The notes under the pieces were generated by a model that worked only from the letters and a program-made list of their open reading frames with translations, had not been told where the DNA came from and searched no databases. The position numbers and the translations under genes were made by a program. Shown in pieces: positions 28,384 to 38,846 of a stretch of 64,000 nucleotides of DNA. The stretch's first letter is position 1; the number at the start of each line of letters is the position of its first letter. This stretch comes from Escherichia coli. GTDB taxonomy: Bacteria > Pseudomonadota > Gammaproteobacteria > Enterobacterales > Enterobacteriaceae. The stretch lies in NCBI RefSeq assembly GCF_045037415.1, contig NZ_CP173438.1. The stretch is one strand, 5' to 3'.

Positions 28384-29817
28384 ATGAAAGTAACGCTGCC
28401 AGAGTTTGAACGTGCAGGAGTGATGGTGGTTGGTGATGTGATGCTGGATCGTTACTGGTACGGTCCCACCAGCCGTATCTCGCCGGAAGCGCCGGTACCC
28501 GTGGTTAAAGTGAATACCATCGAAGAACGTCCGGGCGGCGCGGCTAACGTGGCGATGAATATCGCTTCTCTCGGTGCTAATGCACGCCTGGTCGGGTTGA
28601 CGGGCATTGACGATGCGGCGCGCGCGCTCAGTAAATCTCTGGCCGACGTCAACGTTAAATGCGACTTTGTTTCTGTACCGACGCATCCGACTATCACCAA
28701 ATTACGGGTACTTTCCCGTAACCAACAGCTGATCCGTCTGGATTTCGAAGAAGGTTTCGAAGGGGTTGATCCGCAGCCGCTGCACGAGCGGATTAATCAG
28801 GCACTGAGTTCGATTGGCGCGCTGGTGCTTTCTGACTACGCCAAAGGTGCGCTGGCAAGCGTACAGCAGATGATCCAACTGGCGCGTAAAGCGGGTGTTC
28901 CGGTGCTGATTGATCCAAAAGGTACCGATTTTGAGCGCTACCGCGGCGCTACGCTGTTAACGCCGAATCTCTCGGAATTTGAAGCTGTTGTCGGTAAATG
29001 TAAGACCGAAGAAGAGATTGTTGAGCGCGGCATGAAACTGATTGCCGATTACGAACTCTCGGCTCTGTTAGTGACCCGTTCCGAACAGGGTATGTCGCTG
29101 CTGCAACCGGGTAAAGCGCCGCTGCATATGCCAACCCAGGCGCAGGAAGTGTATGACGTTACCGGTGCGGGCGACACGGTGATTGGCGTCCTGGCGGCAA
29201 CGCTGGCAGCGGGTAATTCGCTGGAAGAAGCCTGCTTCTTTGCCAATGCGGCGGCTGGTGTGGTGGTCGGCAAACTGGGGACATCCACGGTTTCGCCGAT
29301 CGAGCTGGAAAACGCAGTACGTGGACGTGCAGATACCGGCTTTGGTGTGATGACCGAAGAGGAACTGAAGCTTGCTGTAGCGGCAGCGCGTAAACGCGGT
29401 GAAAAAGTGGTGATGACCAACGGTGTCTTTGACATCCTGCACGCCGGGCACGTCTCTTATCTGGCAAATGCCCGTAAACTGGGTGACCGTTTGATTGTCG
29501 CTGTGAACAGCGATGCCTCCACCAAACGGCTGAAAGGGGATTCCCGCCCCGTTAACCCGCTCGAACAGCGTATGATTGTGCTGGGCGCACTGGAAGCGGT
29601 CGACTGGGTGGTGTCGTTTGAAGAGGACACACCGCAGCGCTTGATCGCCGGGATCTTGCCAGATCTGCTGGTGAAAGGCGGCGACTATAAACCAGAAGAG
29701 ATTGCCGGGAGTAAAGAAGTCTGGGCCAACGGTGGCGAAGTGCTGGTGCTCAACTTTGAAGACGGTTGCTCGACGACCAACATCATCAAGAAGATCCAAC
29801 TGGATAAAAAAGGCTAA
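28384..29817 (+). CDS. hldE: Bifunctional D-beta-D-heptose 7-phosphate kinase / heptose 1-phosphate adenylyltransferase (LPS core)
   Basis: 477 aa ORF with N-terminal ribokinase-like domain and C-terminal cytidylyltransferase-like domain. Confidence 0.95.
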   Translation: MKVTLPEFERAGVMVVGDVMLDRYWYGPTSRISPEAPVPVVKVNTIEERPGGAANVAMNIASLGANARLVGLTGIDDAARALSKSLADVNVKCDFVSVPTHPTITKLRVLSRNQQLIRLDFEEGFEGVDPQPLHERINQALSSIGALVLSDYAKGALASVQQMIQLARKAGVPVLIDPKGTDFERYRGATLLTPNLSEFEAVVGKCKTEEEIVERGMKLIADYELSALLVTRSEQGMSLLQPGKAPLHMPTQAQEVYDVTGAGDTVIGVLAATLAAGNSLEEACFFANAAAGVVVGKLGTSTVSPIELENAVRGRADTGFGVMTEEELKLAVAAARKRGEKVVMTNGVFDILHAGHVSYLANARKLGDRLIVAVNSDASTKRLKGDSRPVNPLEQRMIVLGALEAVDWVVSFEEDTPQRLIAGILPDLLVKGGDYKPEEIAGSKEVWANGGEVLVLNFEDGCSTTNIIKKIQLDKKG

Positions 29818-29897
29818 CTGGAAAGCGGTTCACAGATCTCGCTTCGTAGCAGGCAGGTCTATTGACGCTGTTGTTTTTTCAACCTAAAGTAAAGGAA

Positions 29898-30045
29898 CAA
29901 GGGTAAGGGAGGATTTCTCCCCCCTCTGATGAGTTGTTAGTAAGTCGGGAAACTTAACAGTAACAACACAACCAGTATGATGACGAACTTCATCATAACC
30001 CTTTCCTTCTATAAGGCCCCTTCCTCGGGAGGGGCTTTCCCGTTT
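29898..30045 (+). ncRNA. sib: Sib-type antisense sRNA (type I antitoxin) overlapping ibs; boundaries approximate
   Basis: Located in the hldE-yqiK spacer, fully antisense to the ibs ORF; candidate promoter TTGACG-N17-TAAAGT upstream and GC hairpin plus T-run downstream. Confidence 0.5.
29937..29996 (-). CDS. ibs: Ibs-family type I toxin, 19 aa hydrophobic peptide
   Basis: Reverse strand ATGATGAAGTTCGTCATCATACTGGTTGTGTTGTTACTGTTAAGTTTCCCGACTTACTAA encodes MMKFVIILVVLLLLSFPTY preceded by an AGGAAAGG SD; matches the Ibs toxin pattern. Confidence 0.75.
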   Translation of the reverse strand: MMKFVIILVVLLLLSFPTY

Positions 30046-30235
30046 CAGCCCCTTGCTGACTCCCCGATTGTTGATGAGCGCCGGACCCCGCGCAACGCTT
30101 TCCCAGAGGCAGTTTTGCCTTCCCCGAGCAGTCACGCAAAATGCTGCAACAGCCTGATCATTTGCACCTTTTAGCGGAACGCAGATATAAAAAATCCCCG
30201 GCTTTTTGGGCCAGGGATTATTCATAGAAGAGGGT

Positions 30236-31897
30236 TTACTCTGCTTTTTCTTCGACGGGAGTTGTTGAGCTTAAGGATGAAGTCAATGCCGCCAGTGAGC
30301 CGCCTGAAACGCCAATTTCATTGAGCAAGGAGTCAATCAGCGGTGCCTGTGTGCGGTAAGAGAGTGCGGCTGATAACGCTTGTTCTGCCAGGTTTCCGCC
30401 CCCCACATTACCCGTGTTTGCATCACCCGTAGCGCCGCCACGATTCAGACCATCGACCTGAATAATTTTGATGCCGTCGATAGACTTCATAGGCTCAACG
30501 GATTTCTCAATTACCGCAGGCAGCGCCTGCAATAATGCCAGTTTGAATTTAAGGCTGGTTTGTTCATCAGAAAGTACGTTGATAGCATCGTTCAGCGCAC
30601 GTTGTGCTTCTGCTTCCGCCAGACCCTTTTTACGTGTAGCTTCGGCTAACTCAACGATAGCCGCCGCCTGCATTTCTGCGGCTTCTTTTTCTGCTTTCGC
30701 CCGCACGGTCAGTTCAACCGCTTTGGTTTCTGCATCCTGCGCTGCGGCGATCAACGCCACTTGTTTAGCACGATCGGCTTCGGCAGTCTGGCGAGTGGTT
30801 TCTACGTTTTGTTGGGCGCTTACTGCTTCTGCGAGTGCAAGGTTAGCACGCGCTTCTGCCTGGGACTGTTGTTCCGATTTGGCGGCAATAGCGATCGATT
30901 TCGTCTGGTTAGCGATTTCGGTGACCTGCTGCTGTTCGATCTCTTTAATGCGAACTTCACGTTCGGCCTCAACCTTTCTTGAGCGGACGGCCTGTTCGCG
31001 GTCGATTTCCGTTTCCTGAATCTGTCGTTCAGCCAGAATTCGCGTCTGCTCTGCTTCACGACGACGTTCAGCTTCAAAAGCCGCAATTTTCGCATTCTGC
31101 TCAGCGGTACGGGTTTTAACCTGCTGCTCCTGCTCAAGCGTCATAAACGCTTCTTGTTGTTCAATCTCCAACTTGCGCGAAAGTGCATCACGGTTTTTCT
31201 CACGCACTGCGACTTCCACATCCTGTTCAACTTCGTTACGTTCGCGACGACGGCGCTCCGTCTCCTGAGTCAGTTTGGTTAAACCTTCGGCGTCAAAGGC
31301 ATTGTTCGGATTGAAATGTTCTTTCGAGGTCTGGTTAAAGTTGGTAAGTGAAACGCTTTCCAGTTCCAGGCCATTTTTCGACAGATCTTCAGCTACGGTA
31401 TTTTGTACTCCCTGCACGAAGTTCTCGCGGGTATCCTGTAACTCATGCATGGTCATTTGTGCCGCTGTTGCACGGAGGGCATCGACAAATTTATCTTCCA
31501 CCAGCATACGTAAGTCTTCAGGCGACAGGGTGCGTTGCCCCAGCGTCTGGGCGGCGGTGGCAATCCCTTCTACTGAAGGTTTTACCCGCACAAAGAAAGC
31601 AACCACGACATCGACGCGCATACGATCTTTCGTAATCAGGCTATCAATGGTTGAGCGGCTGACTTCCAGCTTCAGGGTATTCATATTGATGGGAATTATT
31701 TCATGAAAGATCGGCATCACGATTGCGCCACCGCTCATCACCACTTTTTGCCCACTTAAACCAGTACGAACAAATGCTTGCTCTGCCGAAGCGCGACGAT
31801 AGAGCCTGGCGAAAATAATTCCAATAATAAACAGAATGCATACGGCGATAATCGCGGTAAACATCCAGGAGGGCACAGAATTAACGATATCATCCAT
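30236..31897 (-). CDS. yqiK: SPFH/band-7 (flotillin-like) membrane protein with long Ala/Glu/Gln-rich coiled coil
   Basis: 553 aa ORF; N-terminal TM helix, SPFH domain, extended low-complexity coiled-coil region. Confidence 0.88.
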   Translation of the reverse strand: MDDIVNSVPSWMFTAIIAVCILFIIGIIFARLYRRASAEQAFVRTGLSGQKVVMSGGAIVMPIFHEIIPINMNTLKLEVSRSTIDSLITKDRMRVDVVVAFFVRVKPSVEGIATAAQTLGQRTLSPEDLRMLVEDKFVDALRATAAQMTMHELQDTRENFVQGVQNTVAEDLSKNGLELESVSLTNFNQTSKEHFNPNNAFDAEGLTKLTQETERRRRERNEVEQDVEVAVREKNRDALSRKLEIEQQEAFMTLEQEQQVKTRTAEQNAKIAAFEAERRREAEQTRILAERQIQETEIDREQAVRSRKVEAEREVRIKEIEQQQVTEIANQTKSIAIAAKSEQQSQAEARANLALAEAVSAQQNVETTRQTAEADRAKQVALIAAAQDAETKAVELTVRAKAEKEAAEMQAAAIVELAEATRKKGLAEAEAQRALNDAINVLSDEQTSLKFKLALLQALPAVIEKSVEPMKSIDGIKIIQVDGLNRGGATGDANTGNVGGGNLAEQALSAALSYRTQAPLIDSLLNEIGVSGGSLAALTSSLSSTTPVEEKAE

Positions 31898-31923
31898 TAT
31901 TAAATTTCCTTTTGATTAATAAA

Positions 31924-32553
31924 TCACAATATCTGGGGCCAGGGATTATTTTCCGCCAAATATCGCGTTGCAGAAAGTCGGCAAATAATTAACACTTTGT
32001 CTCCTTTAGTGAAAGTTTTTCCTTCTTCAGGCTCCAGTAGCAAATAATGTATTTGGCCAAATTGATCGGTGAGTTTTCCTTCGCAGGGGTTACCTGAAGT
32101 GGCTTGATGGCCGGTAATTAATGCCATGCTACCAACATATTCTTCTTCTGTAATAGCTGAACTATGGTCGCGTGGAATCCAGGGTGCAACGACTTTACCG
32201 GTATAATGCACTGCAATAATTGTAAACAGTAAACTGACAGGAACCACGAACAGGTTGGGGAGTGGTGATTGCCAGAGCGTAACGCAGGCATGTTGCAACA
32301 GGATGCCAATAAGACCAAAAAAACCAGCGAGTAAGCAGAGGACGACGAGAGCTGGCAATCTTCCAATATTGAGATAATGAAGTGCCTGGCTAATATGACC
32401 TGTGGTTATGGAATCATAATGGTCAAGATGTGCATCAAGAGCACCGGAGAGCATGTGACCGCAGATAAGTGCAAAAATTTCTAAAAGGCCGATCAAGAGT
32501 ACAAAGGAAATAGCGAAAAGATAAGGGGTGTTATAGTCGGCGAATAAAATCAT
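31924..32553 (-). CDS. yqiJ: NfeD-like inner membrane protein (partner of the SPFH protein)
   Basis: 209 aa ORF with multiple TM helices and C-terminal OB-fold-like soluble region; immediately upstream of yqiK on the same strand. Confidence 0.85.
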   Translation of the reverse strand: MILFADYNTPYLFAISFVLLIGLLEIFALICGHMLSGALDAHLDHYDSITTGHISQALHYLNIGRLPALVVLCLLAGFFGLIGILLQHACVTLWQSPLPNLFVVPVSLLFTIIAVHYTGKVVAPWIPRDHSSAITEEEYVGSMALITGHQATSGNPCEGKLTDQFGQIHYLLLEPEEGKTFTKGDKVLIICRLSATRYLAENNPWPQIL

Positions 32554-32822
32554 ATGTCACTCCAATGTCCATTTAGTGACGCAATATTTACTTTGGAATA
32601 GTTTCCTTGATTACTTTTATCTTTGTTAATAATAACACATGTTTGAGAAGTTCTGGAAGAGAAAGTCTTTTAATATGGTTTTTTTATTTTTCACTAAAAA
32701 GTGTGATCGGGGACAATATATTTACGCACGTTATGTTTAAAGGCACTACACTAATTGGGGAATACTGAAATCAGAAAAAGCATATGGCCTTAAAAGGTAT
32801 GCAATAACCGGAGGATGTGCTT

Positions 32823-33023
32823 ATGGATCATAGTCTTAATTCTTTAAATAATTTCGATTTTCTCGCGCGTAGTTTTGCCAGAATGCACGCAGAAGGTCGC
32901 CCGGTCGATATTCTGGCCGTTACTGGTAACATGGATGAAGAACATAGAACCTGGTTTTGCGCACGTTATGCCTGGTATTGCCAACAGATGATGCAAACCA
33001 GAGAACTTGAATTAGAACACTGA
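32823..33023 (+). CDS. glgS: Small surface-composition regulator (formerly glycogen synthesis protein)
   Basis: 66 aa from the second ATG: [66 protein letters not shown]. Confidence 0.9.
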
Positions 33024-33057
33024 TATTACGGGCCGTCTGGCCCGTTTTTGTGGTGCT

Positions 33058-33357
33058 TTATTCTGCTTTATCAACTGGCGGGATAGCCGGAGGAGATTGA
33101 AGTTCTGCTGCCGGATTATTGCGCGCTTCCAGTTCGCTGATGCGCTGCTCCAGTAACGCCAGTTTTTCACGAGTCCGTAACAGGACTTGCGTCTGAACGT
33201 CGAATTCTTCGCGGCTTACCAGATCGAGACGCGTCAGCTGCGCTTGTAGGGTTTGGCGGATTTTTTTCTCCACATCTTCCCCGAACTCCCTGATTCCTTT
33301 AGGCATTGATTCGTGAACCTGGCGAGCGATTTGCTCAATTTTTTTCGGGTCAATCAT
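33058..33357 (-). CDS. ubiK: Ubiquinone biosynthesis accessory factor (BMFP/YqiC family coiled-coil protein)
   Basis: ORF track gives 119 aa; the conserved protein begins [35 protein letters not shown] at codon 21; start choice uncertain. Confidence 0.8.
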   Translation of the reverse strand: MIDPKKIEQIARQVHESMPKGIREFGEDVEKKIRQTLQAQLTRLDLVSREEFDVQTQVLLRTREKLALLEQRISELEARNNPAAELQSPPAIPPVDKAE

Positions 33358-33477
33358 TGTAGTTTCCCTGTACTGATAGGTGTTGAGTGCCATTGTAGTG
33401 CGATAAGGGTAAGTCATAAACCAGAATTATGTGAAGCTATGCGTTGCTGGCGCTAATCATTAGCGTTATAGTGAATC

Positions 33478-33730
33478 CGCTTATTCTCAGGGCGGGGCGA
33501 AATTCCCCACCGGCGGTAAATCAACTCAGTTGAAAGCCCGCGAGCGCTTTGGGTGCGAACTCAAAGGACAGCAGATCCGGTGTAATTCCGGGGCCGACGG
33601 TTAGAGTCCGGATGGGAGAGAGTAACGATTCTGTCGGGCATGGACCCGCTCACGTTATTTTGGCTATATGCCGCCACTCCTAAGACTGCCCTGATTCTGG
33701 TAACCATAATTTTAGTGAGGTTTTTTTACC
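33478..33730 (+). ncRNA. sroG: FMN riboswitch (RFN element) in the ribB leader
   Basis: Conserved aptamer segments CAGGGCGGGGCGAAATTCCCCACCGGCGGTAAA ... CCGGGGCCGACGGTTAGAGTCCGGATGGGAGAGAGTAACG directly upstream of ribB. Confidence 0.88.
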
Positions 33731-34384
33731 ATGAATCAGACGCTACTTTCCTCTTTTGGTACGCCTTTCGAACGTGTTGAAAATGCACTGGCTGCGCTGC
33801 GTGAAGGACGCGGTGTGATGGTGCTTGATGATGAAGACCGTGAAAACGAAGGCGATATGATCTTCCCGGCAGAAACCATGACCGTTGAGCAGATGGCGCT
33901 GACCATTCGCCACGGGAGTGGTATTGTTTGCCTGTGCATTACTGACGATCGCCGTAAACAACTCGATCTGCCAATGATGGTAGAAAATAACACCAGCGCC
34001 TATGGCACCGGTTTTACCGTGACCATTGAAGCAGCTGAAGGTGTGACTACCGGTGTTTCTGCCGCTGACCGTATTACGACCGTTCGCGCAGCGATTGCCG
34101 ATGGCGCAAAACCTTCAGATCTGAATCGCCCAGGCCACGTTTTCCCACTTCGCGCGCAGGCAGGTGGTGTACTGACGCGTGGCGGTCATACTGAAGCGAC
34201 TATCGATCTGATGACGCTGGCAGGCTTTAAACCAGCTGGTGTGCTGTGTGAGCTGACTAATGACGATGGCACGATGGCGCGTGCACCAGAGTGCATTGAG
34301 TTTGCGAATAAACACAATATGGCGCTCGTGACTATTGAAGACCTGGTGGCATACCGTCAGGCACATGAGCGTAAAGCCAGCTAA
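33731..34384 (+). CDS. ribB: 3,4-dihydroxy-2-butanone 4-phosphate synthase
   Basis: 217 aa [51 protein letters not shown]... Confidence 0.95.
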
Positions 34385-34437
34385 TGACGTGAAATACTAA
34401 ATATGAAAATGCCGGGGTGTTCCCGGCATTTTGCTGT

Positions 34438-35487
34438 TCAGTTATAGTTTATTTTTACGATGAGATCTTTTTTGAAAGGCCCATAAACGAGAGTCTCCCC
34501 CGGTTTTTGTGAAAGTTCAGCCTGGTAATCACGGGTAACCATCGCTCCAGTCTGACCTGGAATATATGTGGTGAAGCGTTTGTACTTATTAAACTTAATG
34601 TCTTCTTGTGTTTTTTGATCAGTAATACGCATTAACAAACCATTACCCATTTCCAGATGCGTATCATCATGTAACGTATCTGTCGTATAAAAACTGGTGA
34701 CAACATCAAATTGCTCGGTACAGTCGGCAGCAACATCTTTTATAGTAGATACGCTAAATGCAGCTTTGGGTCGATAAGTAGCAATAGAGTTTGCAGAGAT
34801 TTGCCCGAAATTAACGATCTGGCTTTCTGGAAAAATACGGACATCGACACTACAATCAAGAAATAAAATATTATTTAATCCATCAATAATATAACGTAGA
34901 TTTTTATTATCTGCTGCTAAGTTAGCACCACCTTCACCATCAAATTGCAGAACATTTACCACGCCAAAATCCCAGGTTTGATCCACTGCTGGACGTGCTT
35001 TAAATTTCACATATGCGCGAAAACGGGCATTAAACGTGACATTTTTTTGTAGGGTGCTGCCATTACAAACTGGATCATGATAAATACCACCATAATACTG
35101 TTCATACTTATCCAGACAGGCGAAAGTATCAATTCCTACATCGCTATCTTCATAGTCCACACCATTATAGGTTACACCGAATGTCAGGTATGGGTTATTC
35201 AAAATGTCTGCACTATTTATAGCCGGCATTTTAATCCAGGCATAAATATTTTCTGCGGGATCATCAGCTCTCCATCCTGTCGCGTTATCACAATATACCG
35301 TAACATTAACGTCATCGCTTTCCCAAATTTTTTGTCCCGGCTGGGCGTTTTCTGGAATTCTGAAGGAAGGTAAAGTACCACGTATTTGTGTATTACCACC
35401 TCTTTGATCCTGATAGCAATTTACAGCATAAACTGAAACGTTATAAAAAAGGCAAAGAATCGCCAGTAAACGGAAAAGCGTAATCAT
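34438..35487 (-). CDS. yqiI: Fimbrial tip adhesin-like protein (chaperone-usher pathway)
   Basis: 349 aa ORF with signal peptide, last gene of a four-gene fimbrial operon; name assigned by position and family, not sequence-verified. Confidence 0.7.
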   Translation of the reverse strand: MITLFRLLAILCLFYNVSVYAVNCYQDQRGGNTQIRGTLPSFRIPENAQPGQKIWESDDVNVTVYCDNATGWRADDPAENIYAWIKMPAINSADILNNPYLTFGVTYNGVDYEDSDVGIDTFACLDKYEQYYGGIYHDPVCNGSTLQKNVTFNARFRAYVKFKARPAVDQTWDFGVVNVLQFDGEGGANLAADNKNLRYIIDGLNNILFLDCSVDVRIFPESQIVNFGQISANSIATYRPKAAFSVSTIKDVAADCTEQFDVVTSFYTTDTLHDDTHLEMGNGLLMRITDQKTQEDIKFNKYKRFTTYIPGQTGAMVTRDYQAELSQKPGETLVYGPFKKDLIVKINYN

Positions 35488-36233
35488 ATTTTTCCCTTCT
35501 TAGCAGGAGAGCTTTGGCAGAGGGATTGGACGGAATTACATTCGACTTTAAACATCTCCAGTCCACCATAGTCAGCAACAAAGCCTAACTGGAAAGTTGA
35601 GGGCAAGTTGTTCAAGTATTGAGTTGCAGAAGCAAACGGAGTCACCATAATGCTGTCTGCACCGGGCATCAGTGTCTTGCCGTTAGTACCGATATACCCG
35701 ACGGTGATGTGATAAGGCGTTGGATTATTGAGTGTCAGCCCTGCAGCGGTCCGTGTTATTGTGACTTTTTGTAAAGGCACCATCTGCCCTTCTTTTAATT
35801 CGATTGCTTTCGGACGCCAGAATAATTTCAGTCGACTCTGCATGGCGATTTGCATCACATTCTGTTCTTTAGTGCGAGGCGGAATTTCCCGCACGTTATA
35901 GTAGAACAGCGTTTCTCTGTCCTGCGGTAAGTTGTTTAATGAGGCCAGCGCCATCAGGCGAATTTGTACCTGTTCATCCGGCTCAATACGTTCCATCGGC
36001 GGCAGTGTTGATATGTAACCACGCGTTTTTTTACCGCTGGCATCTTCAATCCACGACTGAGCCAGATAGGGATCGATTTTACTTTGGTTAGTCAGACGGA
36101 CCGTTGCGCTTTTATTCGAAGCATTAAAAATGATACGTGTCCTGTCGGGGGAGACAGTCGCCTGGGCAAAATTGCAGATCCCCAGTAAACAAATCATTCC
36201 TGTTGTGATTAATGGTGATTTCATTATATTCAT
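35484..36233 (-). CDS. yqiH: Periplasmic fimbrial chaperone (PapD-like)
   Basis: 249 aa ORF with signal peptide and PapD-type N- and C-terminal domains; 4-nt overlap with downstream adhesin gene. Confidence 0.82.
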   Translation of the reverse strand: MNIMKSPLITTGMICLLGICNFAQATVSPDRTRIIFNASNKSATVRLTNQSKIDPYLAQSWIEDASGKKTRGYISTLPPMERIEPDEQVQIRLMALASLNNLPQDRETLFYYNVREIPPRTKEQNVMQIAMQSRLKLFWRPKAIELKEGQMVPLQKVTITRTAAGLTLNNPTPYHITVGYIGTNGKTLMPGADSIMVTPFASATQYLNNLPSTFQLGFVADYGGLEMFKVECNSVQSLCQSSPAKKGKI

Positions 36234-36239
36234 CCTGAA

Positions 36240-38777
36240 TTATTTGACTGTTTTACAAGGTAAAATTATTGCGCTTTCGCTAATGTTACTTTGGTTTGGC
36301 GGCGTGACTTCACAGGTATTATCACCCCAGGTTAAATGCAGAATACTGTTTTCCTGAATACCGCTGAGATAAACGAAGCCGTCTTCCGCGACCAGGCCCA
36401 CATCTTTACCTGTCGCTTTATCCGTGACATTCACACCTAGTGGAGGGAAGCGGCCATTTTCCTGACGAATAACGCCGACGATTTGGTATCCGGTGGTGGC
36501 ATTCAGTTTTGCGTAGCCGATGGCACCCTGGGTGAGCGTAGTACGAATAACCGAGTTTTCGACATCGACACCTTCTGGCAGATCGTTATTGTTCACCCGC
36601 AACATGGAGGTGGTGTAGTTCGATAACGAAGGTACAACGGCAATGCCCAGCCCGTTGGTAACAGTTCGGTTAGAGTTGATTTCAACGCCGGAGATGCCGT
36701 CGGTATCGACCATCATGCGGGCGTTATCAGCATAGCTATAATCGTGAAGGGCGACACCATGACGTGTAGCGGTAAGTGAACCGTACCAGCCTGCGGTAAC
36801 AGAATTGTACTGATTCGGCTGTACACTGCCGTTAATGTTCAGACGTCCCCACGGTGAATAGTGCTGGTAGCTGCCGCGCAGTGTTGGTTCGCCATCACGT
36901 ATATTGTCGTCCGTTGCCGACGCTGAAATATTCCAGATATTGTTGCGATCTGATGAATCGTACCAGGAAATCATCTGCGAAGTATTACTGCTTCCCGTAC
37001 GCTGCATACTGTAGGAGATGTTGCGGTTTTGTTGTAAAGGTAGAGAGAAAGAGAAGTAATATTGATTCTCTTCGTCGTCATCCCAGCGGATTCGACTTAC
37101 TGCCAGCGATGCAGAGATACCTTTGAAATCGCCAATATCAAAGTTTTTGCTTACAGATACGGAGTAGTTGGTATTGCTGGCGCTGTCCCAATAAGTATTG
37201 CGTGTAACGTTGAGATAAGAGTTTAATTCCAGTGTTTCAAAGTACTGGTTCAAGGAAATGACATAACTCTCTTTTTCATTATCAATTGACTCATCGCCAT
37301 TACGCGAGCTTAGGTACTCACTCATCGACACGTAATCTTTATCTGAGAAGCGATAACCCGCGAAGGTAATCTGACTACCTGTCGATTCGAAATGCTTTGC
37401 ATAGTTGAAGCGATAGCTGTAACCACGCAGATTGTCGCTATTTTGTTTCTGCAAAGACGCGTCTGCTCCGGTGACATCAAAAGAAAGCGAACCGAATTGG
37501 TTAAGATTAAAGCCAATACCGGTAGTGATAGCCTGATAATCATCAGCGGTGAACATGCCGCCACCATACAGCGACACATTGTTCAACCAGCCCCAGGAGG
37601 CTTCCGCCGTCCAGAAAAAGGGATTATTGATATCGTTATGCCCGACGGATGTCGGTTTTCCCAGCGACGTTTTATAGCGCACTTGCCCTTTACGGGTTAA
37701 ATAGGGAATGGATGCGGATCCAACCTGGAAGGTGCTGGTGCGGCCATCTTCTTCTTCCACTGTGACATCCAGCTGCCCCTGAAACGATTGCCCCAAATCA
37801 GAAATAGTAAAAGGGCCTGGCGCGACAGTGGTTTGATAAAGTACACGACCATTTTGTGCCACAGTTACTTTCGCGTTGGTCTGCGCGATGCCGGTAATTT
37901 GTGGCGCATAACCCTGTAAATCTGGCGGCAGCATGCTTTCATCACTTTCCAGCGATGCGCCAGTAAAGTGGAAGGTATCGTAAAGATTGGAGCTCAGGTC
38001 GTACTGGCCCATAGTGAATTTTGACGACCAGGAGGGGATAGGGCGAAACAGATAAGTTCGCGCAAATTCGCTGTCGCGGTTTACCGAGCGTCCATCAGCA
38101 AAATTCTGATTATATTGGTAATCGCTACGTAAGCGCCATGCGCCGAGGTTAAAGCCTAACGTACCATAGGAGCTGACGTTTTGGGTGCTGTCTCCATGAT
38201 GTGGGGCATATTGGCTGGCGTACACATTGTAATCAAGGATAAACCCGGCGATACCGGTATCCCAAAACTCTGGTGGCGTCCAGTTTGTTGCCTGGTATTT
38301 TAACCACGCCTGGGGAACACTTAGCGATAATATCATCGTAGCTTTATCAAGCCGTGTCGTTAACTCCTGACGTTGGCTTAAATCGAGACATTCTCTGCCA
38401 GCTATGGTTTGCAATGATTCAATAAATTCCGTATTAAGACCGAAACTAGTCAGATCTTCTTTGGTTAAGCAGAGTAACGAACCACTTTCATTATCGGCTT
38501 TTACCCATTCCAGTATTAACGCTTGTGGCAACATATTTTTATTTATTTGCACACGAGCGAGGTATCTGCCTGGGGGGATATAGCCTTTTTTCTCAAAACG
38601 AGAGATGTCGATATTCTCACGGTCTTCAACATCAATCATATCAACGTTGAATTCCACTGCATGGGCAGGTAAAACGAAGAGTAGCGAACACACTACGCCA
38701 GACAGGGCATTTTTAATTGCGTGGGATAATGTATCCCCGGTAAACGTGTTTTTATTGTTCATAAAAATCCATTTCAA
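36240..38777 (-). CDS. yqiG: Outer membrane fimbrial usher, intact
   Basis: 845 aa uninterrupted ORF with usher plug and beta-barrel character and C-terminal cysteine pair; no IS interruption. Confidence 0.85.
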   Translation of the reverse strand: MKWIFMNNKNTFTGDTLSHAIKNALSGVVCSLLFVLPAHAVEFNVDMIDVEDRENIDISRFEKKGYIPPGRYLARVQINKNMLPQALILEWVKADNESGSLLCLTKEDLTSFGLNTEFIESLQTIAGRECLDLSQRQELTTRLDKATMILSLSVPQAWLKYQATNWTPPEFWDTGIAGFILDYNVYASQYAPHHGDSTQNVSSYGTLGFNLGAWRLRSDYQYNQNFADGRSVNRDSEFARTYLFRPIPSWSSKFTMGQYDLSSNLYDTFHFTGASLESDESMLPPDLQGYAPQITGIAQTNAKVTVAQNGRVLYQTTVAPGPFTISDLGQSFQGQLDVTVEEEDGRTSTFQVGSASIPYLTRKGQVRYKTSLGKPTSVGHNDINNPFFWTAEASWGWLNNVSLYGGGMFTADDYQAITTGIGFNLNQFGSLSFDVTGADASLQKQNSDNLRGYSYRFNYAKHFESTGSQITFAGYRFSDKDYVSMSEYLSSRNGDESIDNEKESYVISLNQYFETLELNSYLNVTRNTYWDSASNTNYSVSVSKNFDIGDFKGISASLAVSRIRWDDDEENQYYFSFSLPLQQNRNISYSMQRTGSSNTSQMISWYDSSDRNNIWNISASATDDNIRDGEPTLRGSYQHYSPWGRLNINGSVQPNQYNSVTAGWYGSLTATRHGVALHDYSYADNARMMVDTDGISGVEINSNRTVTNGLGIAVVPSLSNYTTSMLRVNNNDLPEGVDVENSVIRTTLTQGAIGYAKLNATTGYQIVGVIRQENGRFPPLGVNVTDKATGKDVGLVAEDGFVYLSGIQENSILHLTWGDNTCEVTPPNQSNISESAIILPCKTVK

Positions 38778-38846
38778 AAAAGACCCAAAGTTGCCGATGA
38801 CATATCATCGGCTTTACCGTCTGACGTTGTGCGTATTAATTGCCGC

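Noticed and set aside
29068-29799. 243 aa reverse-strand ORF
   Set aside because: Lies entirely inside hldE on the opposite strand; no independent support.
29884-30225. 113 aa reverse-strand ORF spanning the hldE-yqiK spacer
   Set aside because: Overlaps the Ibs/Sib locus in a different frame; the 19 aa Ibs peptide with its SD is the supported coding feature.
30468-31019. 183 aa Ser/Ala-rich + strand ORF
   Set aside because: Antisense to the low-complexity coiled-coil region of yqiK; a compositional artefact.
30208-31950. Identical 15-mer GGGCCAGGGATTATT near 30208 and near 31936
   Set aside because: A single 15 nt match is expected by chance a few times in 64 kb; no flanking similarity; not treated as a repeat or recombination site.
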